The notes under the pieces: generated by a model
What the model was told of the DNA's origin: nothing
Seen by the model: only the letters and a program-made list of their open reading frames with translations
Database searches by the model: none
IMG/VR virus record: IMGVR_UViG_3300035126_001036
Span: 62,001-126,000 of that record
DNA length: 64,000 nucleotides
Direction: 5' to 3' (one strand)
Origin: an uncultured virus (IMG/VR IMGVR_UViG_3300035126_001036)
Lineage: Duplodnaviria; Heunggongvirae; Uroviricota; Caudoviricetes
Part shown: positions 18,287 to 25,686 of the stretch, one piece after another
Numbering within the stretch: position 1 is the first letter of the stretch
Layout of the letters: each line of letters starts with the position of its first letter
Position numbers and translations under genes: made by a program

Positions 18287-18466
18287 ATGTCTGTCACACT
18301 TAGCGGTTATTGTATTCGCATGGCTTTACTTGATCGCCGTAGAGAATTGATCCGGTGCGCGTCTATCACTAAAGATGCTACTTTTGATTCTAAGATTAAA
18401 GAATTGGATGATGCATTGGTTCAACTTTGGTACGCAAAGGAAATTATACTAACTGAAGTAGTATAA
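18287..18466 (+). CDS. hypothetical protein (59 aa)
   Basis: Read by hand; followed by terminator. Confidence 0.5.
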   Translation: MSVTLSGYCIRMALLDRRRELIRCASITKDATFDSKIKELDDALVQLWYAKEIILTEVV

Positions 18467-18470
18467 AAAA

Positions 18471-18510
18471 CAGTGACCCGCGAGTTCTTTATACTTACGG
18501 GTCACTTTTG
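18471..18510. terminator. intrinsic terminator, probably bidirectional
   Basis: AGTGACCCG...CGGGTCACT with flanking A and T tracts. Confidence 0.7.
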
Positions 18511-18536
18511 TTTAGTATAAAAAATAGTATAAAAAA

Positions 18537-18577
18537 GCAGGATAAGTGTCTCGTTTTATGTTATTGCGGTCCTCCGC
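18537..18577 (-). ncRNA. candidate multicopy sRNA, core copy 5
   Basis: Conserved element; minus-strand TTGACA-17-TATACT (18627..18599). Confidence 0.6.
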
Positions 18578-18598
18578 TTGTTTTCTTTTGTTGTTTAT

Positions 18599-18713
18599 AG
18601 TATAAAACACTTTTCCAGTATTGTCAAGCATTTTATGATTAGTGTTGCTTATCAATCCCATAAGCACCGCTGATCGTTAAAGGCTTGACCTAGTGGGGCT
18701 GATCTGGTATTCT
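18599..18713. promoter_or_regulatory. divergent promoter, family B
   Basis: ATTAGTGTTGCTTAT 18638 and ATAAGCACCGCTGAT 18660; -10 boxes 33 bp away on both sides; TTGAC -35 boxes on both strands. Confidence 0.75.
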
Positions 18714-18737
18714 TTAAAGGTAATCGGGTTTCACCCC

Positions 18738-19181
18738 ATGACTGTTTCATTCGTTGATTTTGCAGCTTTCCAGGATGCTCAGAATAAAATTCAATTGAAT
18801 GTCAGGAAGTATTGTCTCCAGTTGATTGATGCCCTGAAGGATAATTATCGGAATTATGCTATTCGCGGACATCAAATTTTCATCGATAGGGAAGAATCAG
18901 TTGAGTATCATCAATCTTGTATTGATAAACTGAAAGAGGGACATTCCGACATTGATTATGAAATTGAGTCGGGTAGTAAGTATCACAAAATCATTATGAT
19001 TTCTTATGGTGGATCACGTTCGGTTCATTGTTTTGTTGATAAAAAGACCGGGGAAGTTTATAAATCAGCAAGCTGGAAATCCCCCGCTAAAGGTATTCGA
19101 TTTGATCTGCGATTGATCAAAGATCGTGAATGGTTGTTTGAAAATGCCGATTGGAGTGGTGGTTATCTTTACAAGAGATGA
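18738..19181 (+). CDS. conserved phage hypothetical protein
   Basis: GSKYHKI...SVHCFVDKKTGEVYKSASWKSPAK; ATG 18738. Confidence 0.75.
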   Translation: MTVSFVDFAAFQDAQNKIQLNVRKYCLQLIDALKDNYRNYAIRGHQIFIDREESVEYHQSCIDKLKEGHSDIDYEIESGSKYHKIIMISYGGSRSVHCFVDKKTGEVYKSASWKSPAKGIRFDLRLIKDREWLFENADWSGGYLYKR

Positions 19182-19243
19182 ATCGAATAATTATAAGAAT
19201 CCTTCGGGATTCTTTTTTATTGTTTATAGTGTATTATTAAAGT

Positions 19244-19284
19244 GCAGGATAAGTGTCTCGTTTTATGTTATTGCGGCCTTCCGC
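19244..19284 (-). ncRNA. candidate multicopy sRNA, core copy 6
   Basis: Conserved element; minus-strand TTGACA-17-TATACT; UUCG terminator hairpin 19195-19218. Confidence 0.6.
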
Positions 19285-19305
19285 TTGTTTTCTTTTGTTG
19301 TTTAT

Positions 19306-19400
19306 AGTATAAAACACTTTTCCAGTATTGTCAAGCCCTGGACCCATAAGCATTTCTGATCGTTTGGGGTCTTGACGGATCGGCCTGGGTCTGCAATACT
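19306..19400. promoter_or_regulatory. divergent promoter, family B (single 15-mer)
   Basis: ATAAGCATTTCTGAT 19346-19360 with -10 boxes 34 bp away on each side. Confidence 0.7.
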
Positions 19401-19424
19401 TAAAGGGTCAAAGGGATTCACCCC

Positions 19425-19742
19425 ATGAAAGACTACCGCCCTGAAGTCCGCAGCCTGCTTAAGTCCCTCAAACGGGCCGGATTTACACCTTTGAGTGTAA
19501 ACAATGGAGAGGAAAATATTCGATATTCGGATGTATCCAAGACTGAGTTCTTGGAGGAAACTGTGGCTACAGACGAATCCACATTGCGGCTTCAACATAA
19601 CAATAAAAAGGTGGCAATCTTCCTGGTTCTGGGTAATGAACCCGGTGTAATCGCCGCCGATTATACTGATTACGAACCGTTGCAGGAAGTAATCGACGCG
19701 CATTATGATCGGTGGGAGAATAAGAAACAGCCAACCTGCTGA
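19425..19742 (+). CDS. hypothetical protein
   Basis: 105 aa, LVLGN..G.IAADY. Confidence 0.7.
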   Translation: MKDYRPEVRSLLKSLKRAGFTPLSVNNGEENIRYSDVSKTEFLEETVATDESTLRLQHNNKKVAIFLVLGNEPGVIAADYTDYEPLQEVIDAHYDRWENKKQPTC

Positions 19743-19810
19743 TTATAATCAACCACCTGGAGGTTTTATACTTCCAGGTTTTTTTTTGTTTTTTATAATA
19801 ATATAAAAGT

Positions 19811-19851
19811 GCAGGATAGGTGTCCTGTTTTATGTTATCACGCTTTTGCGT
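19811..19851 (-). ncRNA. candidate multicopy sRNA, core copy 7
   Basis: Conserved element; minus-strand TTGACT-17-TATACT; terminator 19755-19787. Confidence 0.55.
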
Positions 19852-19873
19852 TTTGTTTTCTTTTGTTGTTTAT

Positions 19874-19988
19874 AGTATAGCAGCAGTGCCCCATAAAGTC
19901 AAGGTTTTATTCATAAACATATTTTATCAGACCCATAAGCACCGCTAATCGTTAAAACCTCGCCACTAGCCTCTAGAGCTGCTACACT
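19874..19988. promoter_or_regulatory. divergent promoter, family B
   Basis: ATAAACATATTTTAT 19913 and ATAAGCACCGCTAAT 19935; -10 boxes 33 bp away each side. Confidence 0.7.
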
Positions 19989-20013
19989 ATGGGAGCAGTC
20001 AAGGGAACAACCC

Positions 20014-20415
20014 ATGATCAAACTCACCGGAACCGCTCTCCTGGCCCACCGTGAGGCCCGCCGTGCTGCTGGTGTCAGCAATGCTATCATTGTTCGCTCT
20101 GCTGGTTATATTGGAACCCGCAAGGATGGCAGCGAGCGGCTACAATTTACCGAGTATTATGAGAATGTTCTCATTGCCAAAGGTGAAATGTTCCGCATTA
20201 AAATAGACGTGGCCGAGATTACCCCAGCCGGACTACAGCCCGTGTGGGGATATTCGTTCACTACGACTACTAAAAACCACCAGAGTATTGCCCGTAAAGT
20301 GCGGGAACTGACTCAACTTACCAATGTTAAATGTAATCGAACTGTCAAAGATGGGGTGGTTCGTTTACAGCCCAAGGGAACGAATGAAATGATTGCTTAT
20401 ACTTTGCCTGCATGA
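20014..20415 (+). CDS. AbrB-like N-terminal domain protein
   Basis: KLTGTALL...AGYIGTRKDGSERLQFTEYYENVLIAKG; homologous to the N-terminus of 16471. Confidence 0.65.
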   Translation: MIKLTGTALLAHREARRAAGVSNAIIVRSAGYIGTRKDGSERLQFTEYYENVLIAKGEMFRIKIDVAEITPAGLQPVWGYSFTTTTKNHQSIARKVRELTQLTNVKCNRTVKDGVVRLQPKGTNEMIAYTLPA

Positions 20416-20492
20416 GTTAATAACAATCAGTGGCCCTAGAGTTCTTTATACTCTGGGGTCTTTATTTGTTCTTTATACTTTATTATTTTATG

Positions 20493-20534
20493 GCAGATTA
20501 AGTGTCTTGTTTTATATCATTGCGGCGCCCCCGC
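20493..20534 (-). ncRNA. candidate multicopy sRNA, core copy 8 (divergent)
   Basis: GCAGATTAAGTGTCTTGTTTTATATCATTGCGGCGCCCCCGC; minus-strand TAGTAT at 20556-20561. Confidence 0.5.
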
Positions 20535-20555
20535 TCTTTTTATTTTGTTGAAACA

Positions 20556-20682
20556 ATACTAAGACGGATCAGGCCAGGCCACTGTATCGGCTGATACCAA
20601 ACGGCCATCAGCGTATCTTATCAGTCGAATCCTGGAAACGGTAGCGGTTGATACAGAACGGCGAGCCGAAACGTGGGATTAT
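20556..20682. promoter_or_regulatory. divergent promoter with two NtcA-type boxes (GTA-N8-TAC)
   Basis: GTATCGGCTGATAC 20584-20597 is 22 bp from minus-strand TAGTAT; GTAGCGGTTGATAC 20641-20654 is 22 bp from GATTAT. Confidence 0.65.
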
Positions 20683-20711
20683 TAAAGGGTCAAACAAACG
20701 GAGCCGATCCG

Positions 20712-21119
20712 ATGACAACCGCCACTCTCAACCGTTACACTCTCAACTGGGAAGCCTACTCTACGTGGCCGCCTGCTGATGATGACATCGGTGGAATCTA
20801 CACCGATTGTGTACATTTTAGCACTGTCGATGATTATAATTTTGCGGTATCATTCCACATCGGTGAGGGTAGGCAACAGGGCTTGCTTTTCTGTGAGGTT
20901 GTTATGGTTTATCCTAACCGGATTGATACCAATAAGTTGCATTATTGTATGGGGCAGTTTTATAAAAACAGTGGCGCAAAATTGTTTGCCCAATTTGCTC
21001 TGAACCACTTTATCGAGACGGAAACGTGGAGCGTATGCCCATCATTTCAGCCGGTTGATTATATCGACGGCGAACCTTATACTCTCGGCGGTGATGAGAT
21101 CGTGAGCGAAATTATCTGA
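20712..21119 (+). CDS. hypothetical protein
   Basis: ATG 20712 with GGAG RBS. Confidence 0.65.
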   Translation: MTTATLNRYTLNWEAYSTWPPADDDIGGIYTDCVHFSTVDDYNFAVSFHIGEGRQQGLLFCEVVMVYPNRIDTNKLHYCMGQFYKNSGAKLFAQFALNHFIETETWSVCPSFQPVDYIDGEPYTLGGDEIVSEII

Positions 21120-21190
21120 GTTAGGTACATCAGGGGAGGGCACAGTCTCTCCCCTGATTCTCTCAAACCTCCTATCTCCCAGTGTTAACA

Positions 21191-21424
21191 ATGGCCACAG
21201 AATACGCCACTCCAGCAGACTTCCAACGGTGGGAAGATCATGCTAAAGTGTTAGATTGTTACAGTCTGGTTCATGTTATCAAAGACTGTCAATCTGCGGC
21301 CCGCAATATGAAGGGATGGAATGATGTAAGGGAAGGTTACTACATCGACCAGGCCTGTACTTATGGGATGGAGCTAACACGTAGGAACCGACAATTGCCT
21401 GCTGGTTTGCGTCATCGAGTCTGA
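21191..21424 (+). CDS. hypothetical protein
   Basis: ATG 21191; EGYYIDQACTYGMELTRR. Confidence 0.65.
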   Translation: MATEYATPADFQRWEDHAKVLDCYSLVHVIKDCQSAARNMKGWNDVREGYYIDQACTYGMELTRRNRQLPAGLRHRV

Positions 21425-21495
21425 CACAGTTAGTATCACGAACTCACCCCTAATCTTCGTGGGTTCGTGATATTATTACAGTTTATTACGAGCAG

Positions 21496-21524
21496 TTGAC
21501 AGTATGGGCGGGGTGTGGTATGAT
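21496..21524 (+). promoter_or_regulatory. strong sigma70-type promoter (TTGACA-17-TATGAT with TG extension)
   Basis: Consensus match; no ORF for about 280 bp downstream. Confidence 0.7.
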
Positions 21525-21810
21525 CGCGGCCTGGGCCTAACCATAAAAAATCAAACCCTTTTAAAATAAAACCCCAAATCCACCCCCATTATCCCATAAT
21601 TACATAAAACCCCCATTTTCCACCAAAAACCCGAACCAATTTACGTCTTATAAAAAAATCCCGGCCGGGTAAAATTACATAAAAAGGTCAAATCAAAATT
21701 CACTTTTTGTTTCCCATAAACCAAAAAATTTCCGCCGGGTAAAAATCGTCATAAATAGTCGGCTCATAAAAATGACGCGAATTTAACTTAATTATTAGGA
21801 GAATATTAAA

Positions 21811-22803
21811 ATGCCACGAGGTTTCACAGTTAAATCAAAAAATACATCAGATAATCTTGATTTTCAGGATCTAGAAAATCATATCAAAAGACTTTCTGAA
21901 GAAATTCAAAAAAATTCGTCTAAACAAGAGTCGCTCTTACCAGAACTACAACAATACCAGCAACAACTTAATGAATATTATAATAAAGTAAAAGCCAAGA
22001 TGAGGGGTAAGAAAATCGTTTTCTGTCTTCCTGGAAGATCTTGTTCTTATGCATTTCTAAAAAGTTTTGTTCAACTATGTTTTGATCTAGTGAACAATGG
22101 AATGGGAATTCAAATTTCTCAGGATTATTCTTCTATGGTGAACTTTGCAAGATGTAAGGTTCTTGGCGCGAATGTCACAAGTGGTCCATGGCAAGAACCC
22201 TGGCAAGGAAAACTAGAATATGATTGGCAATTATGGATCGATAATGACATTGTTTTTAATTCTGAAAAATTCTGGCAATTGTGTGATCTTGCCGTAAAGG
22301 ACGTTCCTTCTGAAAAAGAATTTGATAAGGAAGAATATCCTCTATGGGAAGTTTCTGATGAGGAACTTGAATCTATGCACAAGTCAGATTTTAATGTACG
22401 AAAGGAGCGGGTTCGGCGTCTTATGGTGAATGTCAATCCAATTGTCAGTGGTTATTATATGACCGAGAACGGTTTTACTACTTCTGTTGCTCATTGGCTA
22501 GAGGCCGATGATTTTATGAAGAATGGGGGTATTATGAATCATGAGACCGCCGAAAGTATTTCTAAGAGAAAGAAGCCTTTTTCTGTTGATTATGTCGGTG
22601 GTGGTTGGATGATGGTATCCAAGGGTGTTTTTGAGAATATGGAATATCCTTGGTGGGGTCCAAAACTTCAGAAGTTTGAGAATGGCGTACAAGACTATTG
22701 CGGCGAAGATGTGTCAATGAACCTGGACGCAAAAAAATTGGGTATCGATATTCTAGTTGATCCAAGAATCAGAGTAGGACACGAAAAAATCCGTGTGCTC
22801 TAA
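21811..22803 (+). CDS. glycosyltransferase (GT-A)-like protein of cyanomyoviruses
   Basis: WIDNDIVF (DxD), GED, VGHEK motifs; ATAAATA and AGGAG upstream. Confidence 0.7.
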   Translation: MPRGFTVKSKNTSDNLDFQDLENHIKRLSEEIQKNSSKQESLLPELQQYQQQLNEYYNKVKAKMRGKKIVFCLPGRSCSYAFLKSFVQLCFDLVNNGMGIQISQDYSSMVNFARCKVLGANVTSGPWQEPWQGKLEYDWQLWIDNDIVFNSEKFWQLCDLAVKDVPSEKEFDKEEYPLWEVSDEELESMHKSDFNVRKERVRRLMVNVNPIVSGYYMTENGFTTSVAHWLEADDFMKNGGIMNHETAESISKRKKPFSVDYVGGGWMMVSKGVFENMEYPWWGPKLQKFENGVQDYCGEDVSMNLDAKKLGIDILVDPRIRVGHEKIRVL

Positions 22804-22875
22804 CTATTTAGTAAATTTCTAACTTATAAAACCAATCAGAGTACCGAATACTCCCCATAAAAATCCAACAAACAC

Positions 22876-22916
22876 TTGACAAATCTAGAGACCTGGGCTA
22901 TAATGTCCAGGTCTCT
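22876..22916 (+). promoter_or_regulatory. sigma70 promoter with -10 inside a 10-bp inverted repeat
   Basis: TTGACA 22876, TATAAT 22899; AGAGACCTGG-N10-CCAGGTCTCT 22887-22916. Confidence 0.65.
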
Positions 22917-22956
22917 TTCCGCAAGAAGGAGATTTGTAAATCCATATTATATAGAC

Positions 22957-24108
22957 ATGAACAAAATTCGCATAAAAGAACACGATGGCTACTACTTCTC
23001 ATATGACGAGAATGATCCATCTGTTCCTGTAACAATTCATAGTAACTGGAGAAAGACCGGACAGACTCCTGCAGTCATCGATTTAACGTACTCAAGACCC
23101 TTAAAATCCGCAGACAATAGGGACCGACTATACGTCACTATCGCAACCATGGGTAAAAAGGTGAGAGTCTACTTAGATACTCTTGTTGCATCCTACCTGA
23201 TTGATAATCCAAGAAATTATAATAGAGTCATTCATAAAGACAACAACATTTATAATTGCCATCCAACGAATCTAAAATGGGTTTCAGACAGTGACTATAA
23301 ACTCTTTGCCGTAAACATTAATCGGGCCAAGGGAAAAACGAAACAATTTGAAGTCGTTTACCTAGATGGACGTAAAGAAATTGTAACAGGATTTCTTGAG
23401 TTTCTAGAAAAGAACAACCTTTCAGAGGAGTCCATATATAAACTTCGTAAAGGAGAAATTCTAGAATATAATGGAATTATTGCCTTTAATGAAATTGAAA
23501 GGAATCTAAAGGGCCGTTCTAGGAAAAAAGAAGAATTAAAAATTGATCTTTCTGGTTATGATACTGTTGAACTAGATGATTGGCCTGGGTATTATATTGT
23601 TTATAAAAAAGATGATCCCTCAGAACAAGTAAGAATCTTTAGTAAATGGAAACCGGTTAAAAACGAAATGGTTCTATCAGAGAACTTTGTTAGAGAAACA
23701 TCTCAACATGTTCATAAGACTGGATATTATCAATTAAACATGAAACTTCCTGGTGAGAAAAAGATTATTCAAAAGCTCCATAGACTTATTGCAAAACAAC
23801 TTGTTGAAAATTCAAATCCCGATGAATTTGATACTGTTGATCACATAGACAACAATAAACAGAATAATCATCCATCCAATCTTCAATGGATGACATCAAG
23901 TGCTAATTCTGCAAAAGGTGGAGATCCAGAAACTATGTACTATGTTGCGAAACAATATGAGGTAACCTATGTTGATGAAACAAAAGAAATTTTTGTGAAT
24001 CTGAATATGTTTTGCAGAGAAAGAGGATATTCAAGGGGTTCTCTATGGTCTATGATTCAAGGAAAGCAACATAAACACAAAAATATTGTAAAAATCACCA
24101 AACTATGA
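22957..24108 (+). CDS. free-standing HNH homing endonuclease with duplicated HNH modules
   Basis: VIHKDNNIYNCHPTNLKWV and VDHIDNNKQNNHPSNLQWM, LHRLIA; probable ATG 22957. Confidence 0.8.
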   Translation: MNKIRIKEHDGYYFSYDENDPSVPVTIHSNWRKTGQTPAVIDLTYSRPLKSADNRDRLYVTIATMGKKVRVYLDTLVASYLIDNPRNYNRVIHKDNNIYNCHPTNLKWVSDSDYKLFAVNINRAKGKTKQFEVVYLDGRKEIVTGFLEFLEKNNLSEESIYKLRKGEILEYNGIIAFNEIERNLKGRSRKKEELKIDLSGYDTVELDDWPGYYIVYKKDDPSEQVRIFSKWKPVKNEMVLSENFVRETSQHVHKTGYYQLNMKLPGEKKIIQKLHRLIAKQLVENSNPDEFDTVDHIDNNKQNNHPSNLQWMTSSANSAKGGDPETMYYVAKQYEVTYVDETKEIFVNLNMFCRERGYSRGSLWSMIQGKQHKHKNIVKITKL

Positions 24109-24236
24109 TAAACATCCTATATAAAGGAAGACCAATCTATAAAAACATCTCTGACGAGGAGATCACTAAAATTCTTTTAGAATTGGCCATGGACGATAAA
24201 GTAAACGAAGAAGACATTGAAATTGAGGAGGTCTAA
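24105..24236 (+). CDS. small hypothetical protein (43 aa)
   Basis: Read by hand: MINILYKGRPIYKNISDEE... Confidence 0.5.
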   Translation: MINILYKGRPIYKNISDEEITKILLELAMDDKVNEEDIEIEEV

Positions 24237-24371
24237 ATGAAAAACACCAAGAAACAAGAAATTCAACCAGTCGAGAAAAAAAGCCGTCAGGGTAATGGAC
24301 GAAACACCAAATACGCCGCATCAAGTAGAAACGGAGCCTCTAAAAAATATAGGGGACAAGGAAAGGGCTGA
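24237..24371 (+). CDS. small basic conserved cyanophage-type protein (44 aa)
   Basis: KKSRQGNGRNTKYAASSRNGASKKYRGQG; GAGGAGG RBS. Confidence 0.65.
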   Translation: MKNTKKQEIQPVEKKSRQGNGRNTKYAASSRNGASKKYRGQGKG

Positions 24372-24792
24372 CATAAAAGAATGGATAAAAAACGTCTCCG
24401 AGATTCGTCCAGAACTCGGGGGCTTTTCTATATGCCCATTTTCTAAAAAAGCCAATTATGAAATTCTAAAAATTGATATTGATAAAATATATCCGATTAA
24501 TGATTTTGATGTTGTAATTTATATTGTAGAAGAAACCGATCTAGAGGCCATTAATTGGTGGGTTGACTTCTATAATAAAAAATATAACAACTGGCTATTC
24601 TTTGAGGATTGCGCCTCTTATGATACCTTTATTAACGGAGTTCAGACCAATAATGGAAAGTATAATCTAATATTAGGACAGCCTAAAGAGAAACTAAGAA
24701 AGTTTAGGGAAATATTAAAGAAGACCGATTATTATTCTTATTGGGACGAAGACTATTATAAAGAAATTATGATTTCGGATTGCGAATCATAG
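24295..24792 (+). CDS. hypothetical protein (true start probably further downstream)
   Basis: WIKNVSEIRPELGGFSICPF motif. Confidence 0.6.
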   Translation: MDETPNTPHQVETEPLKNIGDKERADIKEWIKNVSEIRPELGGFSICPFSKKANYEILKIDIDKIYPINDFDVVIYIVEETDLEAINWWVDFYNKKYNNWLFFEDCASYDTFINGVQTNNGKYNLILGQPKEKLRKFREILKKTDYYSYWDEDYYKEIMISDCES

Positions 24793-25171
24793 TATCAGAA
24801 ACAGAAAAGTCCTTATTTCTTCCCTTGTTTGATTTAAAGCCAAATTTTTTATACCAATTTGTTAATTTGTGTTTATAGCCTCTTTTTGCTGCTGGAGTGA
24901 GCGAGACTCTTTTTCCAACTCTATCGGCATATTTTGTTACACCTCTTAAACGGGCGGAACCCACTCCTGCCGTTCCTCCATAAAATCTTTTTTTGTTTCT
25001 TTGGTCTTTGGGAACTTCCATATTGTCAACTCTGATATCATCATTATTAAATGTCGTATGCGCCACAAATTTGATGTCGGGGGTTGCTCTTGTGGTATTT
25101 TTTACAATCGTCTCAAGAGCATCTGGTTTGGGTTGTTTTGCCTCTAAAATAAACTGCTGATAGGTTTTCAT
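24767..25171 (-). CDS. putative internal head protein, GNAT acetyltransferase-like
   Basis: MKTYQQFILE leader; VPKDQR..GVG...YAD..G..VSLTP...WYKKFGF. Confidence 0.6.
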   Translation of the reverse strand: MKTYQQFILEAKQPKPDALETIVKNTTRATPDIKFVAHTTFNNDDIRVDNMEVPKDQRNKKRFYGGTAGVGSARLRGVTKYADRVGKRVSLTPAAKRGYKHKLTNWYKKFGFKSNKGRNKDFSVSDTMIRNPKS

Positions 25172-25686
25172 TTTTTCTTTCTTATTGTTGGCGGTGGATT
25201 TTTATCTATTGACTTATTTGCAACGTCTTTATTAACCATAATGTATGATCCCTTTGGTACTTTTCTCATCGGATTTTCATGAGCATCAGGAACTCTGACA
25301 ATTTTTTCGCCTCTATCTATTGCAGATTTTGCCTGTTTTCTTGGATCAAGTGGTCTATTTTTATCAGTGACTACATCTTCATCTGATGCACCTCTCATCC
25401 AGGACTTTAAATTTTGTCTATATTCTTTAGGTGAACTTGTAGAATGGACCTTAGGATTCACCATTCTTAAATTTACGGGCCTTGTTCCGTAATCATTACC
25501 AACTCTTGATGATGGCGTAGTATAAACAACAGACTTCCCCTGAGGATGATAAGTCCCAGAAGATGGAGAATCTTTAAATCCTTTTTGTAAAATTTCTTTT
25601 TGATTTTCTGGTGTAGTATAATGTTTAGTTCTTAAGACCTTAATTCGTTTGGTGGCCTCTTCTAAGAATTGATAATATGTTTTCAT
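25168..25686 (-). CDS. putative internal head protein, ADP-ribosyltransferase-like fold
   Basis: MKTYYQFLEE leader; HYT...ILQKGF...VYTT...DYG. Confidence 0.5.
   Translation of the reverse strand: MKTYYQFLEEATKRIKVLRTKHYTTPENQKEILQKGFKDSPSSGTYHPQGKSVVYTTPSSRVGNDYGTRPVNLRMVNPKVHSTSSPKEYRQNLKSWMRGASDEDVVTDKNRPLDPRKQAKSAIDRGEKIVRVPDAHENPMRKVPKGSYIMVNKDVANKSIDKNPPPTIRKKK

Noticed and set aside
113..20534. CRISPR array interpretation of the dispersed repeats
   Set aside because: Copies are separated by hundreds to thousands of bp containing whole genes, not 30-40 bp spacers; no cas genes in the window
14786..20534. Identity of the repeated RNA element with cyanobacterial Yfr1/Yfr2 or CsrA-binding RNAs
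   Set aside because: Only a partial ACUCCU match in two copies and a GGA loop in one copy; not conserved across copies
14401..20711. Long upstream starts given for ORFs 14401, 15752, 16444, 18693, 20673
   Set aside because: These starts lie within or before the promoter elements; downstream ATGs with RBS fit the cassette pattern
22803..24108. Group I intron around the HNH gene
   Set aside because: Flanking genes look complete, no intron core elements recognised, and the gene has its own promoter
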